From positions 1-53,507 of the forward strand of contig CAZTWC010000003.1 in the NCBI GenBank assembly GCA_964617105.1: a stretch of 53,507 bases of DNA. Direction: 5' to 3'. This document shows, one piece after another, positions 18,869-28,241 of this stretch; positions within the stretch are counted from its first letter, which is position 1, and every line of letters starts with the position of its first letter. The notes beneath the pieces are model-generated. The model saw only the letters and a program-made list of their open reading frames with translations, searched no databases and had not been told where the DNA came from. The position numbers were made by a program, and so were the translations under genes. Source of the stretch: an uncultured Myxococcia bacterium. GTDB lineage: Bacteria; CAZTWC01.

Positions 18869-21450
18869 AAGATAAATTAAGAAATGAAACAGAAACCGCT
18901 TTTAATTTGTTGCAAAAGGGAAAAAAATTTGTCAAGTCGGGCTTGAAGATATGGCCTGACCCCAACAGTAAAAGCCACCATCTCAGGCTGCTTTTGTTGA
19001 TCCTGATAGTATTGGCCTCCACCTACCTATTAATTCCCCGGCCTACTTTGCCCCTTTCCCTAATGGATGTGATGGAGGTGGGGGAGATAATCGACCGGGA
19101 TATCAAAGCCACCCGCGATTATTATATCGAAGACCGCCAGGCTACCAATGAAAAAATCCAGCAGGCGGAAGAAAAAATCGTAGATGTTTACGATTTCAAC
19201 CTCGACATACAAGATATGGCCATTAAAAATATTCACCGGGCTTTTAGCCCCTGGCAAAATTATTATATCAACAAGGATAAACTACAGGCGCAAATCCAGG
19301 AGATAAATGAAAACTTGGCCGTTGTTGTCAAGCCCAGGAGGGGGAAATTGGTGGAGAAAGAGGGGGAAAAGTTATTAAGCGCTGAAAAATACCAGGAGTT
19401 GCTCAAAGAACGACAGGATAATTTAAAGGCTCTGGAAGGCTCTCTGGCTTTAAGGAAGAAAGAAGCGGTTAACTACTTACAAATCAAAGAGGCCCAGTTC
19501 CAAAAACTGGCCTGGCAAAAATTCAGTATCAAAATGGAACAGGCTCTGGTATCACTGGTCAGGGTGGCATATCGTTTTATGGTATTGGGAAATGTAACCA
19601 ATGTCTCTGAAGGAGAAGACAGTTTAATTTTAATCAGGCCGATATCCAACTATGAACCAGCGGGAAAAGAGTACCAAGTAAAGCCAAAAACCATTTTGAC
19701 GATAACCGATGTGCGAAGAATTTTAACCAAAGAATACACCTCTTTGTTAACTGATATACCCCAAAATGAACAAAGATTGATCTTGAAAATTGCCCTTAAT
19801 TTGCTCTCTCCCAACTTGCACTTTAATCGGGGTGAAACTCAATGGCGGCGCTACCTGACCAGAAAAAAAATTACACCGGTTATTATCCCGATTAAAAAAG
19901 GGGAGATGATTATCCGGGACGGAGAAAAAATTGAACAGCGGCACCTATTGCTGCTCAAAGGAATGATTCAGGAAAGTCGGGATTACAATATTCTTCTGAT
20001 TACTTTGGGGCTGTTGGGGCTTTTTGCCCTACTTTTCTGGAGCAGTTTTCACTTTGGCAGTGAGCATGTAAAAAAATTCAAACACAATTTGAAAGATACT
20101 TTCCTGCTGACCATCACCTTTCTGTTCTTTCTATTGTTCTGCAAAGTCAGTAAAGAGGTGGTAGACGCTTTGAAAGACAAATTTAGCTATATCCCCCTGG
20201 CCGCCTATTATTACGGAATTCCGCTGGCAGCCGGGGCTATGGCTATCCGCTTGTTGTTAAACAGTGAAACTGTAATAATTTTTTCCATTGTACTGTCAAT
20301 TTTCGCGGGCTTGATGTTTGAACACAATATCTATTACTCGCTCTATTTTCTGGTCAGTTGTCTGGTGGCTGCTGGTTCATGCGCCCGAGCCACCCAGAGG
20401 ACAACTCTGCTGAAAGCCGGCCTCAAAACCGGTCTATTCAACATGGCGGTGATCCTCTTTTTAAGTCTAATGGCAGAGCAAGTCTCTACCGCCGATATTC
20501 TGCCGGCCATGATTTTTGGCCTCTTGGGTGGGATAGGAGCCTCTATTTTGGTGTCAGCCTATGTGCCGGCCATGGAAGCGGGACTGGGCTATACAACCGA
20601 TATCAAGTTGCTGGAATTAGCCAACTTGAACCATCCCCTGCTAAAAATGCTTATCGTTCAGACACCAGGAACCTATCACCACTCATATATCGTAGGCAGC
20701 CTGGCTGAAAACGCTGCCGAGGCAATTGGCGCCAACCCATTGTTGGCCCGGGTGCTGGCCTACTACCACGATATCGGCAAATGTAAAAATCCCCTCTATT
20801 TTTCTGAAAACCAAACCGATGGGGCGAATCGTCACGACAAGTTAACCGCTTCCATCAGTGCCCTTATCCTGAGGGCACATGTGCGTGACGGGCTGGATAT
20901 GGCCAGAAAATACCAGCTGGGCGGACCTATTCATGATGCCATTGCCCAACATCACGGTACCAGTTTGATCCGGTATTTTTATGAACGAGCCCAAAAGAGC
21001 CGGTCTGCCGATACACCGGAGATAAACGAATCAGATTACCGCTATGGAGGGCCGAAACCTCAATCCAGAGAAGTGGCGGTTCTGATGCTGGCCGATTCCA
21101 TAGAGGCAGCCAGCCGTACTCTAGAGGAACCAACTCCGGCCAGGATTACCGGCATGGTGCAGCGGATTACCAACCGGATTTTTTCAGATGGTCAATTCAG
21201 CGAGTGTGATTTGACCTTGAAAGATCTACACAAGATAGCCAAAAGTTTTATCAAAGGACTAACCAGTATTCATCATCAAAGGCCAAAATATCCCCAGGCT
21301 ATTGCAAAATTAGATACCGACAAAAAGGGACGAAAAGAGAAGGAAGATGGAGATCCAGATCAAAATCAGCAACCGACAAAACCAAGTCCAAAGCGATCTG
21401 ACGACACTAAAACAGAGGATGAAGAAGATCTTAAAAGGCTTGGGCTTTGA
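18865..21450 (+). CDS. 7TM receptor with intracellular HD/HDIG phosphohydrolase domain (7TMR-HD, PgpH-type)
   Basis: Large N-terminal ectodomain, 7 TM helices, and HD-domain motifs HHSYIVG...YYHDIGK...GPKP...EAASR. The GTG start overlaps the phoH stop (GTGA). Confidence 0.8.
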   Translation: MKDKLRNETETAFNLLQKGKKFVKSGLKIWPDPNSKSHHLRLLLLILIVLASTYLLIPRPTLPLSLMDVMEVGEIIDRDIKATRDYYIEDRQATNEKIQQAEEKIVDVYDFNLDIQDMAIKNIHRAFSPWQNYYINKDKLQAQIQEINENLAVVVKPRRGKLVEKEGEKLLSAEKYQELLKERQDNLKALEGSLALRKKEAVNYLQIKEAQFQKLAWQKFSIKMEQALVSLVRVAYRFMVLGNVTNVSEGEDSLILIRPISNYEPAGKEYQVKPKTILTITDVRRILTKEYTSLLTDIPQNEQRLILKIALNLLSPNLHFNRGETQWRRYLTRKKITPVIIPIKKGEMIIRDGEKIEQRHLLLLKGMIQESRDYNILLITLGLLGLFALLFWSSFHFGSEHVKKFKHNLKDTFLLTITFLFFLLFCKVSKEVVDALKDKFSYIPLAAYYYGIPLAAGAMAIRLLLNSETVIIFSIVLSIFAGLMFEHNIYYSLYFLVSCLVAAGSCARATQRTTLLKAGLKTGLFNMAVILFLSLMAEQVSTADILPAMIFGLLGGIGASILVSAYVPAMEAGLGYTTDIKLLELANLNHPLLKMLIVQTPGTYHHSYIVGSLAENAAEAIGANPLLARVLAYYHDIGKCKNPLYFSENQTDGANRHDKLTASISALILRAHVRDGLDMARKYQLGGPIHDAIAQHHGTSLIRYFYERAQKSRSADTPEINESDYRYGGPKPQSREVAVLMLADSIEAASRTLEEPTPARITGMVQRITNRIFSDGQFSECDLTLKDLHKIAKSFIKGLTSIHHQRPKYPQAIAKLDTDKKGRKEKEDGDPDQNQQPTKPSPKRSDDTKTEDEEDLKRLGL

Positions 21451-21850
21451 ACAGGCAGAACTAAGCATACTGCTCTGCACCAGGGAGGAGATAGCAGCCC
21501 TGAACTTGCAATACCTGGGTAAAAACCGGCCAACTGATGTATTATCCTTCTCCCAACTGGATGAGCAACAACAGATCATGGTGAGAAAAGGGCAATTGGC
21601 AGATCTGCAAAAGCAAAACCAGGGATTGCCACTTATTTTGGGCGATGTGGTGCTGGCGCCAGAGGTGATTAAACTGCAGGCCCACGAACACGGTGTGCCC
21701 TATTTTCGGGAGTTAACCTTTCTAGCCATTCACGGGCTGTTACATTTACTGGGGTATAACCACGAAGCGGAAGATCAAAAGGAGATGTCCCAAATGTTCA
21801 CTTTGCAGGATAAATTGCTGCAGGGTTGTTACCAGCGGAGACTAAAATGA
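21347..21850 (+). CDS. ybeY: Endoribonuclease YbeY (rRNA maturation factor)
   Basis: HGLLHLLGYNHE zinc-binding motif and TDVLSF motif. The full-length N-terminus requires the ATG at 21347, which lies inside the upstream ORF. Confidence 0.85.
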   Translation: MEIQIKISNRQNQVQSDLTTLKQRMKKILKGLGFEQAELSILLCTREEIAALNLQYLGKNRPTDVLSFSQLDEQQQIMVRKGQLADLQKQNQGLPLILGDVVLAPEVIKLQAHEHGVPYFRELTFLAIHGLLHLLGYNHEAEDQKEMSQMFTLQDKLLQGCYQRRLK

Positions 21851-22440
21851 AAAATATAGTGTTGGCTTCCACCTCGGTGTATCGAGAAAAACTGCTGCAG
21901 CAGACCGGACTTGACTTTCAAAAAGCCAGCCCCCTATACCAGGAAGAACACGGGCTAGAACTTTCGCCTTCCGAAACCGTAGTTTACCTGTCAAAAAAAA
22001 AGGCTGAGAGTTTAGTTCCATCTTTTCCTGGATCGATTATTATCGGCTCCGACCAGGTTATGGACTTGGATGGCGAAATAATAGGAAAACCGGCCGACCT
22101 GGCTGAATCTCGACACAGATTGCGCCAACTTTCGGGCCGGTACCACACTTTTTTTACCGGGCTGTCTGTAATCTGGAGTGATGACCAGGGGCAAATCCGC
22201 AGGCAGATAAACACCTATGACTCCACCAAAATCACCTTCAAACCACTCTCCGACCAAAAAATTGAACATTACCTGGAACAGGGAGAAAGTCTCGACTGCG
22301 CCGGAAGTTACAAAATTGAAGGCCGGGGGATCTGGCTGGTAGAAAAAATCGAAGGCGACTATCACACCATAATCGGATTGCCACTAATAAAACTATTAAA
22401 TATCCTGGAAGAACAGGAAGGGGATTGGCAACATCCCTAA
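21847..22440 (+). CDS. maf: Maf-like nucleoside-triphosphate pyrophosphatase
   Basis: LASTSVYR N-terminal motif, IIGSDQV and GAYKIEG-like SYKIEG. The ATG at 21847 overlaps the ybeY stop (ATGA). Confidence 0.85.
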   Translation: MKNIVLASTSVYREKLLQQTGLDFQKASPLYQEEHGLELSPSETVVYLSKKKAESLVPSFPGSIIIGSDQVMDLDGEIIGKPADLAESRHRLRQLSGRYHTFFTGLSVIWSDDQGQIRRQINTYDSTKITFKPLSDQKIEHYLEQGESLDCAGSYKIEGRGIWLVEKIEGDYHTIIGLPLIKLLNILEEQEGDWQHP

Positions 22441-22453
22441 AGGGATCACCTTC

Positions 22454-22621
22454 GGCGTCCGTTATCCGGGATGCAGCCAGAAATCCATTGAGTTGGAAAA
22501 ATTAGGCTGCGCTCGGATAACTAGGCGCCAGAGTCAAAATACCCGCAGGCGTATAATAATACGCCGAGGACTATTTTGACTCTGGCAACAACGTTAGCCG
22601 AGATGCAGCCTAATTTTTTCC
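22454..22621. repeat. Composite nested inverted-repeat element (three copies of a GTTAKCCGRGATGCAGCC-type motif plus two inner hairpins)
   Basis: Motif copies lie at 22454-22478 (+), 22505-22529 (inverted) and 22592-22621 (+). The outer arms GGAAAAATTAGGCTGC (22495-22510) and GCAGCCTAATTTTTTCC (22605-22621) pair with a 1-nt bulge. A perfect 15-bp stem joins 22527-22541 and 22572-22586. The innermost stem is 7 bp (22548-22554 / 22559-22565). All read directly from the sequence. Confidence 0.7.
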
Positions 22622-25600
22622 AGGAGTTGCGCTAGTTGTTCTATAGTATAAGGCTTCGGCAAAATCCCCTTAAACCCATATTTGGAAAAATTCGCCACCA
22701 CCGGTTCATCGCAGTATCCACTGGAGACGATGGCGGTGACAGATGGGTCTATCTCCAACATCTTTTTCACAGTTTCCTGGCCGCCCATACCTTCGGGTAT
22801 GGTAAGATCGAGAATAACCGCAAAAAAAGATTCGCCGCCATCTATTTTACGGCGATAAATTTTTAGGGCGGTTTCACCGTCTGGTGCTGCTTCCACTTCA
22901 TACCCCATCAACTGGAGCATTTGCGCCAAAAGAGACCTGAGTTTGGCGTCATCGTCCATAATTAGAACAGATAATTTTTCTTTATCACTGCTATCTGGAC
23001 TTTCATCAACCGGCTTTTCCCGGCCAGAAATTTCTGGTAACTCTTTTTCAAAAACTTCCATATCATCAACCGCTGGTTTTTTTACCTCCTTGTCAATCTC
23101 TGCACCCACCATGTCGGCCATTGCTTCAGCGTTCTTTTTTTCCTGGATTACCGTTTTTGCGAAAAGATTGGCGGTCATTTTCTGGTCTGGAGAGGCTGGC
23201 AGATAAAGATAATAAACCGTGCCTTCACCAACTTTTGTTCTAAGGTCTAAATAACCATTATGCCGGGTGGTTATTGACAAGGAGGTAGCCAAACCCAACC
23301 CGCTGCCCTCTTTTTTAGAGGTAAAAAAGGGATTGAAAATTTTCTTTTTAATTTCTTCCGGTATTCCCGGGCCATGGTCTCTGATAAAAATTTTGACGTA
23401 TTTTTTGGGTTGAAAAACCGGATGTGGCTCAAGGGTAGCATCAAAATTTTCCGCCCCCACCAGAATGGTGCCTCCATCTATCAATGCCTGACGGGCGTTG
23501 AGCACCAAATTGTTGATTACCTGGATTATTTGTCCTTTGTCAACCAGGATAGGCCAGGTGGATTTGTCCCACGAAAATATGGCTTTAACATTGGTGCCGC
23601 TGAGAGTCGGGTTACAGGCTTCCTCCAACAGTTTCCCCACCTGACAAAGTTCCTTTTCAGGTTTATCTCCCAGGGAAAACTGTAAAAGTTGAGAGGTGAC
23701 TCCTCTGGCTGTCAAAACCGCCTGTTCTGCATCGGTCATCATACTGATTATTTTTTTATCGGTGCTGAATAATTTTACCAGTTGCACGTTTCCCAACACC
23801 GACACCAGCATATTATTGAAATCATGGGCCAACCCGACAGCAAACAGGTTGAGAGCCTCTAATCTCTGTAATTTGTTTATCTCCTCCTCTATTTTTTTAT
23901 AATTACTCAAATTGGTAAAACTGTGCACCAGATGAAGCGCATCGTCAATTTCCACCTCAGTAATATTTTGTAAAATAGGTATCTTGGAGCCGTCATCCTT
24001 GATCAGATAAACCTCTTTGCCCTCATGGTTAATTGAGGAGATCAAGCCCTGATTCTGGCTGGGCAATTCAATAAATTTTTGGATATCCCGGCCTATTAGT
24101 TCTTCCTGAGGTCGGCCAATCATTCTGGAAGCTGCCGGGTAAACTTCCTTAATACGTAAATCTTTTTTTAAGGTAATTATAATGCCTGTCTGCAATGAAG
24201 CAAAAATGGTTTCCAGCCTCTGTTGACTCAGCCGCAAAGTCTCTTCCGCTTTTTCCCGCAAAGATATCTCATCCAGCAAATCAGATGTTCGTTCACCAAC
24301 TATCTCCTCCAACTCTTTGTGGTAATAATTAAGATTTTGAAATTGTTGAGTCCTCTCTTTTTTCAGATTCTGAGCAAGATGTTCCTGGCGATTCAATGCC
24401 CGGGCATAACGGGAAGAAAGGAAGGAAGAGAGCAAAAAGATAAAGAAAACCAGTCCTGCCTGAGAATAAAAACCGGTGAAAATTACTTTGCTGTAGTGAA
24501 GCAAATCATTAAACGCCACCGCCAGATAAAGAATGTAGCAGCACAAGATAATCAAAGCGCCATCCTTTTTCTGTTTCACTGCCGTGGCAATAACCACTGC
24601 AATCCAGAAAAAAGAAAAAATTATAGGTAAAACTATCAATGCCGGGTAGGAGCCGAAAACCTTTGGCGGAGTCAGCAGAGTAAACAGGGTAAAGGAGACA
24701 TTGGCCATGAATAGGATTTTAATTATTTTAACGGTGTGAGAACGGGAGAAAAGAGCATGAAAAAAGAGGAGCAGGAACAGAGAGATGCCATAAATACTAA
24801 AATAGGTTAGTTTATAAGAGATAAAAAATACCGCTGGCACTGGAAAAAGATTTTCGAGTAATACGCTGACAGTAACGGTAAAAACCAAAATGCTCAGACA
24901 GAGGAGAGCAAAATAGAGATTGGCCTTATCCCGCCTCCGCTCCAGCCAGAGAATCGAGTGATATATAAACATCATTAACAAAATTCCGGCCACCACCAAG
25001 TCCAGCACATCCTCAAGCCATTTTTGGTAATGAAGTTTTTTACTAACGCCTAGTTTCGGGGCGGTAATCATCCCAATGGGATCGAAAAAATTAGAAACTT
25101 TAAGGGCGATTACTATCCGGTTTCCGAATAGCAAAGAGAAGGGGATATCCCGGATCTGCCGGCTAACGCCTGGGCTGGATAATGATTCGCTGTGACCGGC
25201 TTTGCCGCTGGCTAAAATCTGACGGCCATTGATATAAAGAGTGTAAGCGGTTCTTATCTCCCCCAGGTAAATAGACAAGCTTTTTGGTAATCGGCCTGGA
25301 GGATAAATTACTGTCAATCTTAACCAACCGAAACCCTGGGAATCTCCGGTCTGGTTTTCCCAATAAGTGGGCAAATGAAGAGTGTCCCAACCAGAATCAT
25401 CAAAAAAGGGATCTTTAAAATCAACCTGATATTTTTTCCATTTAAACCGCCAGGGGCCGTTCAGAAGAAAAACCTGATTCTGCCCGACATCAACCTGGCT
25501 CAAATTTAGTACGCCATCTTTAATTTCGGGGACTTTTCCTTTTTTTTCGCAGGCTAATAACCAGGGTAATAGGAGAAAAACAACCCCGGCTAAAATGACA

Positions 25601-25629
25601 AATTTGGATATTTTAAAACCGATATTCAT
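22594..25629 (-). CDS. Hybrid sensor histidine kinase with 7TMR-DISM extracellular domain, 7TM, PAS, HisKA, HATPase and C-terminal REC
   Basis: N-terminal DISMED2-like region (NGPWRFKWKK...DDSGWDTLHLPTYWE...GFGWLRL). Seven TM helices. H-box-like GLAHDFNN. N/G boxes (LNARQA, GSGLGL). Receiver (VLIMDDD...ILDLTIPEGMGG...SSGY). Confidence 0.85.
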   Translation of the reverse strand: MNIGFKISKFVILAGVVFLLLPWLLACEKKGKVPEIKDGVLNLSQVDVGQNQVFLLNGPWRFKWKKYQVDFKDPFFDDSGWDTLHLPTYWENQTGDSQGFGWLRLTVIYPPGRLPKSLSIYLGEIRTAYTLYINGRQILASGKAGHSESLSSPGVSRQIRDIPFSLLFGNRIVIALKVSNFFDPIGMITAPKLGVSKKLHYQKWLEDVLDLVVAGILLMMFIYHSILWLERRRDKANLYFALLCLSILVFTVTVSVLLENLFPVPAVFFISYKLTYFSIYGISLFLLLFFHALFSRSHTVKIIKILFMANVSFTLFTLLTPPKVFGSYPALIVLPIIFSFFWIAVVIATAVKQKKDGALIILCCYILYLAVAFNDLLHYSKVIFTGFYSQAGLVFFIFLLSSFLSSRYARALNRQEHLAQNLKKERTQQFQNLNYYHKELEEIVGERTSDLLDEISLREKAEETLRLSQQRLETIFASLQTGIIITLKKDLRIKEVYPAASRMIGRPQEELIGRDIQKFIELPSQNQGLISSINHEGKEVYLIKDDGSKIPILQNITEVEIDDALHLVHSFTNLSNYKKIEEEINKLQRLEALNLFAVGLAHDFNNMLVSVLGNVQLVKLFSTDKKIISMMTDAEQAVLTARGVTSQLLQFSLGDKPEKELCQVGKLLEEACNPTLSGTNVKAIFSWDKSTWPILVDKGQIIQVINNLVLNARQALIDGGTILVGAENFDATLEPHPVFQPKKYVKIFIRDHGPGIPEEIKKKIFNPFFTSKKEGSGLGLATSLSITTRHNGYLDLRTKVGEGTVYYLYLPASPDQKMTANLFAKTVIQEKKNAEAMADMVGAEIDKEVKKPAVDDMEVFEKELPEISGREKPVDESPDSSDKEKLSVLIMDDDAKLRSLLAQMLQLMGYEVEAAPDGETALKIYRRKIDGGESFFAVILDLTIPEGMGGQETVKKMLEIDPSVTAIVSSGYCDEPVVANFSKYGFKGILPKPYTIEQLAQLLEKIRLHLG

Positions 25630-25720
25630 TATTAAAATTATAAACTATGCCGGCAAAAATAACCAGCTCTCACTCTTTCGACCATTTAAAATTATTTTAA
25701 CCTACCAAACGGATATTTTC

Positions 25721-25748
25721 TTGATTTTTTTTAGGGTTAGATTATACT
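25721..25748 (+). promoter_or_regulatory. Putative sigma70-type promoter for the 25833-28059 gene pair
   Basis: TTGATT (25721-25726), 16-nt spacer, TATACT (25743-25748) in the divergent intergenic region. Pattern match only. Confidence 0.3.
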
Positions 25749-25832
25749 ATTCCAAATGTGATTATTTACATTTACCGACAGTAATTTATGAGCCAAAAAT
25801 GGCTCTGTATTTAACACCAATGGAGGTTAATT

Positions 25833-26327
25833 ATGAATCAATTTTACCGGCCGTTAACTGGAAAAACAATGGCCACTGTCACTTTTACTCTGTTAATGGT
25901 GTTGCTCTATACCGGAGGGGCTGGAGTTGCTGTGGCTGACACCACTGCAGATAGTAGCGTTAAAAAGGCGGCAGAGTCGGACATCAAGGCTGAAGTGAAA
26001 AAAGAGACCGCAAAAAAAGTGGACACCAAGGCTGAAGTGAAAAAAGAGGCCGCAAAAAAAACAACCGAGACCACTGCTGCCCAAAAACTTGAATTACCTA
26101 AAACGTTACCTACTCAAGCGCCGGTCGAAGAGAAATCTTTTTCTCAACAGATGAACCATTTTTTGGATAAACATAAAAGCAAATGGTGGTTTTGGGCGGC
26201 AGTAGGCGGAACAGTAGTAGTCACCGGCGTGATTATCGGCGTGGCTGCTTCTGGTGATGACGCTGCCAGTGCTCCGACTACCGGAACGGTGGATTTAACT
26301 TTTCATCATGCGATAAGGGGAAGATAG
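25833..26327 (+). CDS. Small secreted/tail-anchored Lys-rich repeat protein (hypothetical)
   Basis: GGAGG RBS 7 nt upstream. Signal-like VTFTLLMVLLYTGGAGVAVA. KAEVKKExAKK repeats. C-terminal TM WWFWAAVGGTVVVTGVIIGVAA. Confidence 0.5.
   Translation: MNQFYRPLTGKTMATVTFTLLMVLLYTGGAGVAVADTTADSSVKKAAESDIKAEVKKETAKKVDTKAEVKKEAAKKTTETTAAQKLELPKTLPTQAPVEEKSFSQQMNHFLDKHKSKWWFWAAVGGTVVVTGVIIGVAASGDDAASAPTTGTVDLTFHHAIRGR
25983..26066 (+). repeat. Two tandem 42-bp units inside the CDS (14-aa KAEVKKE[TA]AKK.. repeat)
   Basis: Units 25983-26024 and 26025-26066 are 35/42 identical, with a 34-nt core carrying one mismatch. Confidence 0.9.
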
Positions 26328-26331
26328 GACC

Positions 26332-28059
26332 ATGAAAAAACATAGCAAACTTTCAGAAAAAATCTTTAAAAACGAAAAAAATTCCCGGGATTTCAATACC
26401 GGATTAAAATCAGTCATATTGATAATCATGTTCCTGGTTTTTGCGTGCAGCGGCGGATCAGAGAACGCCAAACTGCAAATGCAGATAACTGCGTTAAATT
26501 CCTCTGGACAATATCTAGCGGCTGATGGTTTGGCAGATACAGTAAAAAGCGCTAAGTTCAGCATCGACAAAGTGCTGGATGTAGAAAAAGGGGAAAAGGT
26601 CAATTTAAAACAGATAGATTGTCAGGATATCTCCGACCAAAAGTCCATTAAATTGGAAGTTCCCATTGGAACCAATCTGACTATCAACTTTGAAGGATAC
26701 AAAGATGCTGGTTGCACTGGATCACAAGCCTTTCAGGGAAGAGTAAATAATATCACCGTCCAAGGCGGTGAGACTACCGTGGTTCAAATGATGGCTTTGC
26801 CGCTAAAATCTTCCTTAGAGATAGCAACCATGTCCAGCGCCCGTTTTTTTCACGCCGCCACTAAATTGAAAGATGGTTCGGTACTGCTTTCAGGAGGTTT
26901 TGAAAGCGGGACATGCAATCAAGGTAAATGCATCTCATTAATCGCCTCCGACACTTTGGCGATTTACTATCCGGGAAATGGCAAAGTATATAAATTACCG
27001 GTAAAACTGAATAAGGCCAGAGCTTTACATACTGCCACTTTGCTGAACGATAACCAGGGACGGATATTGATCGTTGGCGGCGTCAATAGCGGGACCTTGC
27101 AAATGGGAAAAGATCAGGACGCCCTGTTAGTTTACAATAAAAAGTTGACCGATTATGTTCCCCAGGTGGAAATTCTTGATCCCACTGCCTTTGATTTTAA
27201 TGTCACTGAAGGCTTTACCTTAAAAACGGGTGCCACCGCATTAACAGTATTGAAGCCCAGCAACAATGCTTCTAACATCATTAACAAAATGGGACATACG
27301 ACCACTAAAGTCAATAACCGGATATTCTTCTTTGGCGGCGACCTGGCCGGAGGGGCCGCATCTCTCGCCTATTGCCTGGTTTCCGGAACCAGTGTCAGTT
27401 GCAATAGTTATTATGATTTTGAAGGATATGACCTGTTAACTGCTTTAAACGGACATACGGCCACAGTATTTCCCCTGACTGGCCCTTCGGCTTTACTGCT
27501 TTTTGGCGGCAATCCTTTGGTTGAAGACGGCAAGCCGGGTAATTATGCTTTTAAGTATACTCTGGCCGGAAAAGGAAAACTGGAAGTTACCGATTTCGCC
27601 AAAACCGGTAAAGGAAAAGCCTTACATTACCAGACCGCCACTTTATTTTCCGATGCTGATCAAAAAGATAAACTGCTGGTAACCGGTGGGGTTGAAGCCA
27701 CCACCACCCGCGGTGGTTTCTCGGCCGCCAGCAAGGAATCTTTTGTGCTGGCCACTGATGCAGATACCTTTCCCACTGCTATCAACATGAATAGCGCCAG
27801 GGTAATGCATCGGGCAGTAAAATTGGAAAGCGGTGATATCCTGTTGATAGGTGGTATGGATGAAAAAGGGGAAGTCGCAGGACCGAGTAAATACGAAATC
27901 TTCTCGGTTTCAAAAGGAAAATTTTCTTTTAATGACCTGGCTCTGGCTACCGGCAGAATAGGTCATGATGCCACCTTGCTGGACGATGGGACAGTTTTGG
28001 TTAGTGGCGGATTTGATGGTGATGCTGGATTGAAAAGCCTGGAGATTTTTATCCCCTGA
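26332..28059 (+). CDS. Kelch-repeat beta-propeller lipoprotein (about 7 blades) with an N-terminal Ig-like module
   Basis: Lipobox-like LVFAC. Seven units of the type ARxxHxAT.L.DG.VL..GG (for example ARFFHAATKLKDGSVLLSGG and GRIGHDATLLDDGTVLVSGG). The gene lies 4 nt after the preceding gene. Confidence 0.7.
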   Translation: MKKHSKLSEKIFKNEKNSRDFNTGLKSVILIIMFLVFACSGGSENAKLQMQITALNSSGQYLAADGLADTVKSAKFSIDKVLDVEKGEKVNLKQIDCQDISDQKSIKLEVPIGTNLTINFEGYKDAGCTGSQAFQGRVNNITVQGGETTVVQMMALPLKSSLEIATMSSARFFHAATKLKDGSVLLSGGFESGTCNQGKCISLIASDTLAIYYPGNGKVYKLPVKLNKARALHTATLLNDNQGRILIVGGVNSGTLQMGKDQDALLVYNKKLTDYVPQVEILDPTAFDFNVTEGFTLKTGATALTVLKPSNNASNIINKMGHTTTKVNNRIFFFGGDLAGGAASLAYCLVSGTSVSCNSYYDFEGYDLLTALNGHTATVFPLTGPSALLLFGGNPLVEDGKPGNYAFKYTLAGKGKLEVTDFAKTGKGKALHYQTATLFSDADQKDKLLVTGGVEATTTRGGFSAASKESFVLATDADTFPTAINMNSARVMHRAVKLESGDILLIGGMDEKGEVAGPSKYEIFSVSKGKFSFNDLALATGRIGHDATLLDDGTVLVSGGFDGDAGLKSLEIFIP

Positions 28060-28241
28060 TCATTACCAATCAAAATCCTAACCCGGACAAGCCGGAACCA
28101 ATCAGGGTTTAATCCAAATTTTTAAGTAGGCTTGCCCGGGTAGCCATCTGCCGTCAGTCTTTTGGTGAAACGCTGACGGCTGACCAAATTCAAACTCATG
28201 CCCCAACTTCACTCCCAGTCGTTATCAAGTTACCAGATTAG

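Noticed and set aside
25595-25939. 114-aa plus-strand ORF spanning the kinase start and the divergent promoter region
   Set aside because: It overlaps the kinase N-terminus in antisense and the AT-rich intergenic region. Its composition is low-complexity, and the downstream ATG at 25833 has a strong GGAGG RBS and defines a better gene.
28081-28180. Two hairpins in the Kelch/GH36-like spacer (28081-28093 / 28129-28141 with a 35-nt loop; 28150-28157 / 28173-28180 with a 15-nt loop) as intrinsic terminators or a riboswitch
   Set aside because: The loops are long, there is no U-tract after either stem, and I recognise no known riboswitch core. They are kept only as a note that the two gene pairs may be separately transcribed.
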